From assembly GCF_014645515.1 (NCBI RefSeq), contig NZ_BMLW01000004.1, forward strand, positions 334,805 to 358,804: 24,000 bases of DNA, read 5' to 3'. Below the pieces are notes generated by a model that was given only the letters and a program-made list of their open reading frames with translations, searched no databases and was not told the origin of the DNA. The stretch's first letter is position 1, and every line of letters starts with the position of its first letter. Positions 1 to 8,026 of this stretch are shown in pieces. Origin of the DNA: Oceanobacillus neutriphilus (GTDB lineage Bacteria; Bacillota; Bacilli; Bacillales; Amphibacillaceae). The position numbers and the translations under genes are program-made.

Positions 1-117
1 ATGCAGCTCTCCTCGCTTTTATTTTTTTAATATAAGCTTACCTTTATTTCATATAGCTTTTTTATCAAAAGTGAAGCAGAGTGAACGATCATATTTTGCT
101 AATCATCCTCTATTAAA

Positions 118-1920
118 TTATTCTGCTGCCCCTTCTTCCAGCAAGCTCTTTGCCTGCTCCGGATCTGCTTTCAGCTCCAATCCGGTATCCACCAATGAAC
201 TAAGGGTAGAAACAGCCGGTAATTTATTACCTTCATAGAAGGAGATAAATTCTTCCTGATTAATAGAATATAGTACTGCTTGGCGCAATGCTACATTATC
301 AGCAAGCTCGCTATCTTCCAAATTAAAGCTCAGATAGGAAACACCGTTACTCTCGTTTTGCTGTAAGGTTAAACTATCATCCTCTTCCACTGTGTCATAA
401 CGATTCTCAGCCACACCATTCAGAATGTGAATCTCATTATTACGCAGTGCAGATAATGCACTCTCCGGATCCTGAATAAATTTCACGACTACTTCACTTA
501 TTTTAGGCTCATATTCAGATCCAGGCATATACCCGGGATTCTTCACAAAATCCGCTTCATAGTCATTTTTAGAAACCATAATGTACGGACCGCTTGCATA
601 AAGCGTGTTTTCTTCATTACTATCTTCCAGTACAGTCCGCTGATCACCGTAGGCTACATCTTCATTAACATCATAGTCTTCTACATCAAACGTATTGATA
701 CTCTCCACCTGATCCTTTGATACAATACCAGCTGACTGATGCGCAAGATAGTTTAGTACCTGCGGGAACGGATTTGCTGTTGTAATTTTTACAACCTGAT
801 AGGTTCCTGCATCATTATCCGCTTCTGTTTTATCTGTTGTTAATGAATCAATCTCTGTATCTAGTCCTTCTTCTAACGCTTGTTTAATTGTATTTCCATC
901 TACAGAAGAGGTGTCTTCTAATTCGGAAAGATCATCTACAATTTCAATTGTTTCCATACTTTCATGCAGACTGTAAGTACGATGATCCGGAACAGAATTT
1001 GGATCCTTTGCCCGTTCTAAACTGAATTGGACATCCTCTGCACCTACACGTTCACCTGTATCAGCTGCTGTATCACCATCTACCTCTGCAAAATTAATAT
1101 CGTCACGGAGTAAGAAATAAAAATCCTGGCTGCCATCCGCAATCACATGATTTAAAGAAAGCGAACCATCAGAAACGACCTCATCATCATCCGTTAAATT
1201 GACTAACCGGACATACATGTTTGTATTTAACGTGTTAATAGAACCATCATTTCCTTTAATTGGGTCTAATGATGTTAAATCACTGATTGCCTGGTGAACA
1301 AGTAAAGGCTCACTATCACGTAAGGATGTATCATTATAATCTACATTCTCCCATACTGCCGCACGTGATTTTGGCAGGCGGACTGTTTCTTCATTAATGA
1401 TATCGTGATTCACACCCTGTGCTTTTAATGAAATATAAAGCGGTGCAATATACGCCTGATCAAAAACAATTTGTTCCTCTAATTCTTTATAGGTTTCTTC
1501 ATATTCGCCCGGCAATTCGGTACTTGCTTTATCTACAAGTTCATCTGCTTTTTCATCTGCAAATAACGAATTATCACCGTCTGAGGTGAACAGAGAACGG
1601 ACAGCATAATCCGGGTTTCCGGTAACCGTTGTCCAGCTGTTAAGGGCGATATCATAATTTCCAGCATCGCGCTGTGTTGTAAAACTGCCGTAATCCGGCT
1701 GGATGTTTAATTCTACGTTAAAGCCTGTGTTTGTTAATTGATCACGTAGAATATTTACGTCATTTTCCTGTGTACTTGTTGCTAATATTTCGATGGTCGG
1801 CTGGTCTGTACCTCCACCACCGCCGCCTGAACCTTCTTCCTGAACATCAGATTCTGTACTTACACACCCTGCTAACAGTAAAGCAAGTACAAGCAGAAAA
1901 GAAAAACTCCATTTCTTCAT
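118..1920 (-). CDS. ABC transporter substrate-binding lipoprotein, peptide/nickel/opine type (SBP family 5, DppA/OppA-like); domain order appears circularly permuted
   Basis: 600-aa ORF. Signal peptide with lipobox LLAG|C (Cys19) followed by a GSGGGGGG tether. Family-5 motifs are present (..LTSLDP.., ..AEDVQFSLERAKDP.., ..ASGPYIMV.., ..DPEQAKSLLEEG) but in rotated order (see findings). Acidic residues are visibly abundant. GGGGGA RBS upstream. Lies directly downstream of two Dpp-type permease genes. Confidence 0.85.
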   Translation of the reverse strand: MKKWSFSFLLVLALLLAGCVSTESDVQEEGSGGGGGGTDQPTIEILATSTQENDVNILRDQLTNTGFNVELNIQPDYGSFTTQRDAGNYDIALNSWTTVTGNPDYAVRSLFTSDGDNSLFADEKADELVDKASTELPGEYEETYKELEEQIVFDQAYIAPLYISLKAQGVNHDIINEETVRLPKSRAAVWENVDYNDTSLRDSEPLLVHQAISDLTSLDPIKGNDGSINTLNTNMYVRLVNLTDDDEVVSDGSLSLNHVIADGSQDFYFLLRDDINFAEVDGDTAADTGERVGAEDVQFSLERAKDPNSVPDHRTYSLHESMETIEIVDDLSELEDTSSVDGNTIKQALEEGLDTEIDSLTTDKTEADNDAGTYQVVKITTANPFPQVLNYLAHQSAGIVSKDQVESINTFDVEDYDVNEDVAYGDQRTVLEDSNEENTLYASGPYIMVSKNDYEADFVKNPGYMPGSEYEPKISEVVVKFIQDPESALSALRNNEIHILNGVAENRYDTVEEDDSLTLQQNESNGVSYLSFNLEDSELADNVALRQAVLYSINQEEFISFYEGNKLPAVSTLSSLVDTGLELKADPEQAKSLLEEGAAE

Positions 1921-1947
1921 TTTGTGTATTTCCCCCTATTTGTAAAA

Positions 1948-3441
1948 TTAATTTATTTTTGGATCTAACGCATCCCGCAGGCCGTCGCCTAAAAAGTTAA
2001 AGGCTAAAACCAGCAAAATAATCGCTATCCCCGGAAAAATTGCTAAATATGGTTCGGTTTCTAAATAAGCACTCCCGATACGGAGGACATTCCCCCACTC
2101 TGGAACATGAGGCTCTACGCCAAGTCCCAAAAAGCTTAAACTGCTTGTTGCAATAACCGCCCCGCCGATTGTTAAGGTAGCTTTGACAATCATCGGAGCA
2201 AAAGCATTTGGAATAGCATGCTTCGTCAGAATCTTCCAATCCGATTCTCCCAATGCTTTGGCTGCTTCAATATATTCTAAATTCGATACCATTAAAATAT
2301 TGGCCCGCATCGTTCTTGCATAAATCGGAATCGATCCAATGCTTAGAGCAATGATTAAATTGATCGTACTGGAACCAAATGCTGCGATAATGGCAATTGC
2401 TAATAAAATCCCGGGAATGGCATACAAAGCATCCATCACACGCATAATGACCTGATCGGTAGCTTTATAATAATAGCCTGCCAGTGCCCCTAGCAATCCG
2501 CCAATAATCATTGGAATAATCGTTGTCAATAAACCAATGACTAAGGAAATCCTTGCTCCGAAAATAATTCTGGAAAATACATCACGGCCGAAATTATCCG
2601 TTCCAAATGGATGCACAAAGCTTGGCCCCTGCAGCAGAGAGCTATAATCATTTGCTGTTGCAAAGCTTGTTACAAACGTACCAAAGCTGGTAATGGATAT
2701 TGAAAAGGTAAAGATAACAAATAATAAACCAATCATTGCTGTAAAGCTTTTACCCAGTTTTATCCAGAAAAATCGCCATTTATCAATAACTGACTGGTCT
2801 TTCTTAGATATTTTTAACAGGATACTGTAAGCAAGAATTAAACGGAATATATTTCCTGTTAACGTGGCAATAAATAAAAATACAGCTAGCAGACGCAATG
2901 ATTTTTTCTCTTCTAATGAAGCATCATCCTGCCGATAAAAGAAAATTACCAAGGCAATATCAATAATTAATAATGCCAGTAAAATACCCATAGATAACAT
3001 AAAATGATTAGATACATAGGCTTTAAATAAATTCAACGATGTAACCGCAATAATAAGAAAATCTGTAATGAGCATATAATATGCAAATGTATATTCAATA
3101 GATGTGTTCTTCTTTAAAAGCCGAAAAGCAAATGTTGCTGTAAAAACATTTCCGCAGACTAACGACAGAACCTGTACTGCAGCCAGCATACGTGTACGAT
3201 TCCTGATTTCTCCTGTTTTCAATAAATCTTTACGTAATAAAAGCACGATGAAAAGCTGATATAAGCTGTTTATCAAAAAGATAACGGTAAAAATGCTAAA
3301 AACAGAGTGAAATGTATTCGTGCTAAAATCATAGCTGTTGAACAGAAAAATCAACGTTAATACGATCGATATAACAAATGCAAAGTGACCGTGTTTATAC
3401 AGGTCGGATCGCTTTAAAGACTGTAGATTAGCATAATTCAT
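1948..3441 (-). CDS. ABC transporter permease, DppC/OppC-like, with ~215-residue multi-TM N-terminal extension
   Basis: 497-aa ORF. The C-terminal ~280 aa are a canonical DppC-type core (HPFGTDNFGRDVFSRIIFGARISL, YIEAAKALGESDWKILTKHAIPN, FNFLGDGLRDALDPK). The preceding ~215 aa contain about six hydrophobic helices. GAGAGG RBS 5 nt upstream of the ATG. Confidence 0.85.
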   Translation of the reverse strand: MNYANLQSLKRSDLYKHGHFAFVISIVLTLIFLFNSYDFSTNTFHSVFSIFTVIFLINSLYQLFIVLLLRKDLLKTGEIRNRTRMLAAVQVLSLVCGNVFTATFAFRLLKKNTSIEYTFAYYMLITDFLIIAVTSLNLFKAYVSNHFMLSMGILLALLIIDIALVIFFYRQDDASLEEKKSLRLLAVFLFIATLTGNIFRLILAYSILLKISKKDQSVIDKWRFFWIKLGKSFTAMIGLLFVIFTFSISITSFGTFVTSFATANDYSSLLQGPSFVHPFGTDNFGRDVFSRIIFGARISLVIGLLTTIIPMIIGGLLGALAGYYYKATDQVIMRVMDALYAIPGILLAIAIIAAFGSSTINLIIALSIGSIPIYARTMRANILMVSNLEYIEAAKALGESDWKILTKHAIPNAFAPMIVKATLTIGGAVIATSSLSFLGLGVEPHVPEWGNVLRIGSAYLETEPYLAIFPGIAIILLVLAFNFLGDGLRDALDPKIN

Positions 3442-3458
3442 GTAAGCCTCTCACCCTC

Positions 3459-4871
3459 CTAACTATTCTTCATTTGCGAACGGATACGCGGATTCAGCAT
3501 CGCATAAACAAGATCTACAATTAAATTAACAATCGAAATGGTAATAGCGATATAAACGACTCCCGCAAGAATTGCCGGTGTGTCAGGAATAAATTGTTTA
3601 TCTACAATATAGCTTCCTAAACCGCTGATATTAAAAACTTTTTCCGTTACGGCTGCTCCGCCGAGCATCCCGCCAAACTGCAGCCCAATAACTGTCAAAA
3701 TAGGAATCCAGGCATTTCTCAGCGCATGACCGATAAATGTCTCTCTTCCAGTTAACCCTTTTGCTTTTGCCGTAATCATATAATCCTCATTCATGACCTC
3801 CAGCATAGAGGAACGAGTCATTCTGGCTATCGCTGCAGCGAGCCCTGTTCCTAATACAACAATCGGCATAATCAGCGATAAAAAGTTCCCCGGTGAATAA
3901 CTTGACGGCAGGAGATCTCCCTGAATCGAAAAGGTGAGAATAAAAATAAGACCTTGCCAAAAGCTCGGGATAGATAAGCCGATCAGAGCAATGAACATAA
4001 ACGTATAATCCCAAAATGAATTAACACGTGCTGCCGAAATCATTCCTACCGGCACAGCGATAATAACTGCCAGAATAAGAGAAGAAATCGCTAAAGTAAG
4101 TGTCACTGGAAAACGGTTTGAAATACTATTCATAATCACTTCATTACCTGTATAAGAATGCCCTAAATCAAATGTCAGAATACCGCTTAAAGCATGCCAT
4201 AACTGCACGAAATAAGACTGATCCAGGCCATACTGGATATTAAAAGCATCCCGCTGCGCCTGTGTAGCAGACTCACCCAATATATTGGCAGCCGCATCGG
4301 ATGGCGAAATATACAGAATGGTAAATACAATCACGATAACAGAAATAATTACAAAGAACGTCATAACAACTCGTTCAAATACAAAACGCCTAAAGGCACC
4401 TTGATAAATAAAGTACATACTATAAGCTAAAATCCCCGGAATGAACGTAGGTATGAGGAAACGCTTATCCAGTAAAAGACCGTGGAAAAATTCCATATAA
4501 TTCATCGGCTTTCTTGCCTCTGACCCAAGTTCATTTTCCACCATTGCTTCTGAACGCTTCCTGAGCTGCCGCTGAACAATTTTTTCTTTTTCTGTCTCTT
4601 TTATCGGGCGCCGGAAGTAAGCCTGCTTTTTATCATATTGTTTTTCATAATCGCTTTTTAAAGCTGCATATGCTTTTGATTTCATAAAATTATGCATTTT
4701 TTCCTTAAACAAAGCATCATATGTATTAGACTTTCTTTTACTGAAATAGATACAGAGAGCAATTATATGAATTGGAAACCCGATTAAAAATTGAATCCAT
4801 CTCAGAAAGACCTGACGATGAACAATCAAAAAACCGCGGGATAACACATTCTCGGATATTGAATTTGACAA
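3459..4871 (-). CDS. ABC transporter permease, DppB/OppB-like, with ~150-residue N-terminal extension
   Basis: 470-aa ORF. Canonical DppB-type core from about residue 150 (..ISPSDAAANILGES.., ..ITAKAKGLTGRETFIGHALRNAWIPILTV.., C-terminal ..DLVYAMLNPRIR). TTG start with a GGGAG RBS about 11 nt upstream, so the start is less certain than the frame. Confidence 0.8.
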   Translation of the reverse strand: MSNSISENVLSRGFLIVHRQVFLRWIQFLIGFPIHIIALCIYFSKRKSNTYDALFKEKMHNFMKSKAYAALKSDYEKQYDKKQAYFRRPIKETEKEKIVQRQLRKRSEAMVENELGSEARKPMNYMEFFHGLLLDKRFLIPTFIPGILAYSMYFIYQGAFRRFVFERVVMTFFVIISVIVIVFTILYISPSDAAANILGESATQAQRDAFNIQYGLDQSYFVQLWHALSGILTFDLGHSYTGNEVIMNSISNRFPVTLTLAISSLILAVIIAVPVGMISAARVNSFWDYTFMFIALIGLSIPSFWQGLIFILTFSIQGDLLPSSYSPGNFLSLIMPIVVLGTGLAAAIARMTRSSMLEVMNEDYMITAKAKGLTGRETFIGHALRNAWIPILTVIGLQFGGMLGGAAVTEKVFNISGLGSYIVDKQFIPDTPAILAGVVYIAITISIVNLIVDLVYAMLNPRIRSQMKNS

Positions 4872-4941
4872 TAGGTTTCTTACTCCCTTCTTTAAATCTT
4901 GATAATTCCTACCTTCTTAGTATAGAATATGCTTAATAGGA

Positions 4942-4970
4942 ATTATAGAAAGGAATGATGTAATTGTCAA
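4942..4970 (-). promoter_or_regulatory. Sigma-A-type promoter for the permease/binding-protein operon
   Basis: On the minus strand: TTGACA (4970..4965), 17-nt spacer, TATAAT (4947..4942). Perfect consensus hexamers, about 65-70 nt upstream of the TTG start at 4871. Confidence 0.6.
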
Positions 4971-5249
4971 ATTAATTTTACTGACTTTGAGTGCTCTTCC
5001 GGACAGATTTCATAGAGTAAGAGCTTACTAATTTTAAAGTCTTAAAATTAATTGTAATAACATTACATACTTCCTGTTATATATATGTATATATTCAGAG
5101 TCTTGTTTATTCACCCTGAAAAAAATTATTCACACATATTTTATCGAAATGGCAATTTTTCTTATATTTTTATCAGGCTAAATGTTCTGCTGCTCTGGTG
5201 TACAGGGATATATAATAAATCAAATATTTAATTAAATGGAGATATGATA

Positions 5250-6959
5250 ATGAAAGACATATTAAGCGTTAAAAATTTATCTGTTCATTTTCAGACTACG
5301 GAGCAGAAGGTTCAGTCCGTTAATCAAATTTCTTTCTCCGTGAAAAAAGGAGAAACATTAGGTATTGTCGGCGAGTCCGGCTCCGGAAAAAGCGTTACCG
5401 CAAAAGCAATTATGCAATTACTTCCCGGCCAATCCGCGCACCTTCAAGCGGATACAATAGAATATGAAGGAAATAATCTGGCAAATTATTCTGATCATGC
5501 TATGCAGAAAATTCGCGGTCAGGAAATCAGTATGATATTTCAGGATCCAATGAGCTCCTTTAACCCGACAATGAAAATCGGTAAGCAAATTGATGAAGTA
5601 GTCAGCAAACACCGCAAGCTTTCTGCACATAAAGCAAAAGAAGAAACGATTGAAATGCTGAAGCTGGTCGGAATAACCTCACCCGAAGAACGGTATCATC
5701 AATATCCACATGAATTCTCAGGTGGTATGCTGCAGCGTGCCATGATTGCAATGGCCTTAATCTGCCGGCCGAAGCTATTAATTGCTGATGAACCGACAAC
5801 GGCATTAGATGTGCGTATTCAGGCACAAATTCTGCAATTAATGAAAAATCTGCAGGAGAAATTTGATATGAGCATCATCTTGATTACGCATGATTTTGGG
5901 GTTGTTGCCGGTATGTGCGACCGGATTGTTGTCATGAAAGATGGAAAAATTGTTGAACAAAACGACACAGCATCCATTTTCACACAGCCCGAACACCCCT
6001 ATACACAACGGCTGCTTCATGCCCTGCCACGGATTGATCAAAAAAAGGCGAGCAGATACACGAAATCATTTCAAGATACCGAGTCCTTAATTAACGTAAA
6101 GGATTTGAAAAAGATTTTCCCATTAAAATTAGGCGGACTTGTGCATGCAGTGGATGATATTGACTTCCACATCAGACCTGGTGAAACATTAGGATTAGTA
6201 GGAGAATCCGGCTCTGGAAAATCGACGACCGGACGCCTTATTCTGCAACTGCAGCAGGCAACAGAAGGAGAAATTCTTTTCGGAGGAATGGGAATCCATG
6301 ATTTTAATCGCAAGGAACTCAAAAAGCTCCGCAGAGATGTTCAAATTATTTTCCAGGATCCGCAGGCCTCTTTAAACCCGAGAATGAAGATTCTTGATAT
6401 TATTGGTCAGCCGCTGGACATTCATAAGCTATGTAAAACAAAATCAGAAAGAAGAGCCCGGGTCGAGGAATTATTAGAGCTGGTAGGCCTGACAAAGGAA
6501 CACGCCAACAGGTATCCGCATGAATTCTCAGGAGGACAGCAGCAGCGTATTGGTATCGCCCGGGCGCTGGCTGTAAAACCGAAATTTATTGTTTGTGATG
6601 AACCGCTATCCGCTTTGGACGTTTCCATTCAATCACAGATTGTGGATTTATTAGAGGAATTGCAGGAAAAGCTTGGCCTAACCTATCTATTTATTGCACA
6701 TGACCTGGCAATGGTAAAGCATATATGTGACCGGATTGCAGTCATGTATTCCGGCAAAATTATTGAGGTGGCAGAGAGTGAAGAGCTCTATGAAAATCCA
6801 CTTCACCCATATACCAAATCACTGCTTGATGCTGTACCTATTCCAGATCCGGGGATTGAAGCGAAAAAGATCCGGGAGCATGATATTAAGACAGAAACCT
6901 ATCATTTTGAAAAAAATCGGTTAGAGGAAGTAAGACCGGAGCATTGGATGCTTGTGTAA
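5250..6959 (+). CDS. Fused double-domain ABC transporter ATP-binding protein (DppD/DppF-type, GsiA-like)
   Basis: Two complete nucleotide-binding domains: Walker A GESGSGKS twice, signatures SGGMLQR and SGGQQQR, Walker B LLIADEPTTALD and FIVCDEPLSALD. The oligopeptide-type C-terminal motif (HPYT) follows each domain. The ORF track starts at 5244, but GGAG at 5238-5241 is spaced 8 nt from the ATG at 5250 and only 2 nt from 5244. Confidence 0.9.
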   Translation: MKDILSVKNLSVHFQTTEQKVQSVNQISFSVKKGETLGIVGESGSGKSVTAKAIMQLLPGQSAHLQADTIEYEGNNLANYSDHAMQKIRGQEISMIFQDPMSSFNPTMKIGKQIDEVVSKHRKLSAHKAKEETIEMLKLVGITSPEERYHQYPHEFSGGMLQRAMIAMALICRPKLLIADEPTTALDVRIQAQILQLMKNLQEKFDMSIILITHDFGVVAGMCDRIVVMKDGKIVEQNDTASIFTQPEHPYTQRLLHALPRIDQKKASRYTKSFQDTESLINVKDLKKIFPLKLGGLVHAVDDIDFHIRPGETLGLVGESGSGKSTTGRLILQLQQATEGEILFGGMGIHDFNRKELKKLRRDVQIIFQDPQASLNPRMKILDIIGQPLDIHKLCKTKSERRARVEELLELVGLTKEHANRYPHEFSGGQQQRIGIARALAVKPKFIVCDEPLSALDVSIQSQIVDLLEELQEKLGLTYLFIAHDLAMVKHICDRIAVMYSGKIIEVAESEELYENPLHPYTKSLLDAVPIPDPGIEAKKIREHDIKTETYHFEKNRLEEVRPEHWMLV

Positions 6960-6980
6960 ACACAGATAATACTCAATAGA

Positions 6981-7022
6981 AAATCTCCAGCTATTCATTT
7001 CAGAGTAGCTGGAGATTTTTTT
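6981..7022 (+). terminator. Rho-independent terminator after the ATPase gene
   Basis: AAATCTCCAGCTA (6981-6993) pairs perfectly with TAGCTGGAGATTT (7006-7018). 12-nt loop, followed by a T-run. Confidence 0.8.
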
Positions 7023-7216
7023 GTTTTCATGAATTTATAAAGCCAGTGATGATTTTTTATGAAGTATTTTTTTATATCATTCAACTTTTTTAGAAAAATA
7101 GGTCTAAAAAGCATCAACAAAAAATAAAAATTACTATCACGGTACAAAACACCTCATGTTCCTGCCATATAAAATCATAAACAATCAAATGAAATCATAC
7201 ATTATACAAGGAGTGG

Positions 7217-8008
7217 ATGGAGATTTTACCAGCAGAAAGATTAGAGTTATTACTGGAATTTATAGATGATAAGGGAACAGTAAACATCATCGATTTAACA
7301 AATCAATTTAATGTTTCCAAGCCAACTATTTTACGGGATTTAAAAGAGTTAGAGAAACAGAATCTTATTATCCGGGTTCATGGAGGAGCTAAAAGTAAAA
7401 AATTGAAAGGGACCCGATTTGAACCCCGCCATGTTATCAAAGAACAGGAAGCCATTCAGGAGAAAGAAGAAATTGCGGAATTGGCTTTCAAACATATCCA
7501 GCCTGGGGAAACCGTTCTTCTGGATTCCGGTACAACAACCTTGCTGCTTGCTAAAAAACTCGCATTACAATGCACTGAAAATATAACAGCCATTACAAAT
7601 GACATTAAAAATGCCATGGTACTCAGTGAAAATGACCTCATAGACATCGTTGTTATCGGCGGGCAAAAGAGAAAGGGGGTGTATAGCTTAAATGGACCAT
7701 TTGCAGAAGATATGCTGCGCCAGCTCAATGTAGATAAAGTATTTTTAGGAACGGATGCTATTGATGCGGATAAAGGATTAACCAATTCCAATATTGATGA
7801 AACCAACATAAAAAAAACAATGATAGAAATTGCCAATGAAATTATCTTATTGGCGGATGACAGGAAGTTCAACCAGGTAGCATTTTCATCCGTCGCCGGG
7901 ATAGACACACTAGATAGAATTATAACGAATAAATCCTTATCCGATACGGAAATGAAAGATTACAAAAAAGCGGGGATCTCCATAGATACCCCGAAAGTAA
8001 AAAACTGA
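7217..8008 (+). CDS. sgcR: DeoR-family transcriptional regulator (SgcR-like)
   Basis: 263 aa. N-terminal HTH (VSKPTILRDLKELEKQNLIIRVHGGA) and a DeoR C-terminal sugar-phosphate sensor domain. First gene of the sgc-like operon. AAGGAG RBS, though only 3 nt from the ATG. Confidence 0.85.
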   Translation: MEILPAERLELLLEFIDDKGTVNIIDLTNQFNVSKPTILRDLKELEKQNLIIRVHGGAKSKKLKGTRFEPRHVIKEQEAIQEKEEIAELAFKHIQPGETVLLDSGTTTLLLAKKLALQCTENITAITNDIKNAMVLSENDLIDIVVIGGQKRKGVYSLNGPFAEDMLRQLNVDKVFLGTDAIDADKGLTNSNIDETNIKKTMIEIANEIILLADDRKFNQVAFSSVAGIDTLDRIITNKSLSDTEMKDYKKAGISIDTPKVKN

Positions 8009-8026
8009 AAAGAAAGGAAGTTATTG

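Noticed and set aside
1-28. ATGCAGCTCTCCTCGC followed by TTTTATTTTTTT at the window edge, resembling the 3' arm and T-run of a terminator
   Set aside because: The pairing partner would lie outside the window, so the hairpin cannot be evaluated. It may be a bidirectional terminator shared with the binding-protein operon, but this is unsupported here.
1807-1830. GC-rich tract encoding the Gly6 run of the lipoprotein, considered as a slipped-strand phase-variation site
   Set aside because: The glycine codons are mixed (GGC/GGT/GGA), so there is no perfect simple-sequence repeat. A flexible tether after the lipidated Cys explains it more simply.
5075-5243. Promoter for the fused ATPase gene (for example TGtTATATA near 5075-5083, TATAAT near 5207-5212)
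   Set aside because: Several AT-rich -10-like hexamers exist, but none has a convincing -35 at 16-18 nt. I could not choose between them, so no feature was called.
1731-6628. Multiple 60-90-aa ORFs antisense to or overlapping the ABC transporter genes (for example 1731-2000, 1997-2239, 3787-4014, 5418-5630, 5602-5826, 5838-6041, 6071-6322, 6422-6628)
   Set aside because: All lie inside strongly supported CDSs in other frames or strands. They lack an RBS and homology signals.
7456-7908. 150-aa ORF on the minus strand
   Set aside because: Antisense to the DeoR regulator gene, whose frame has clear HTH and sensor-domain motifs. No motifs or RBS.
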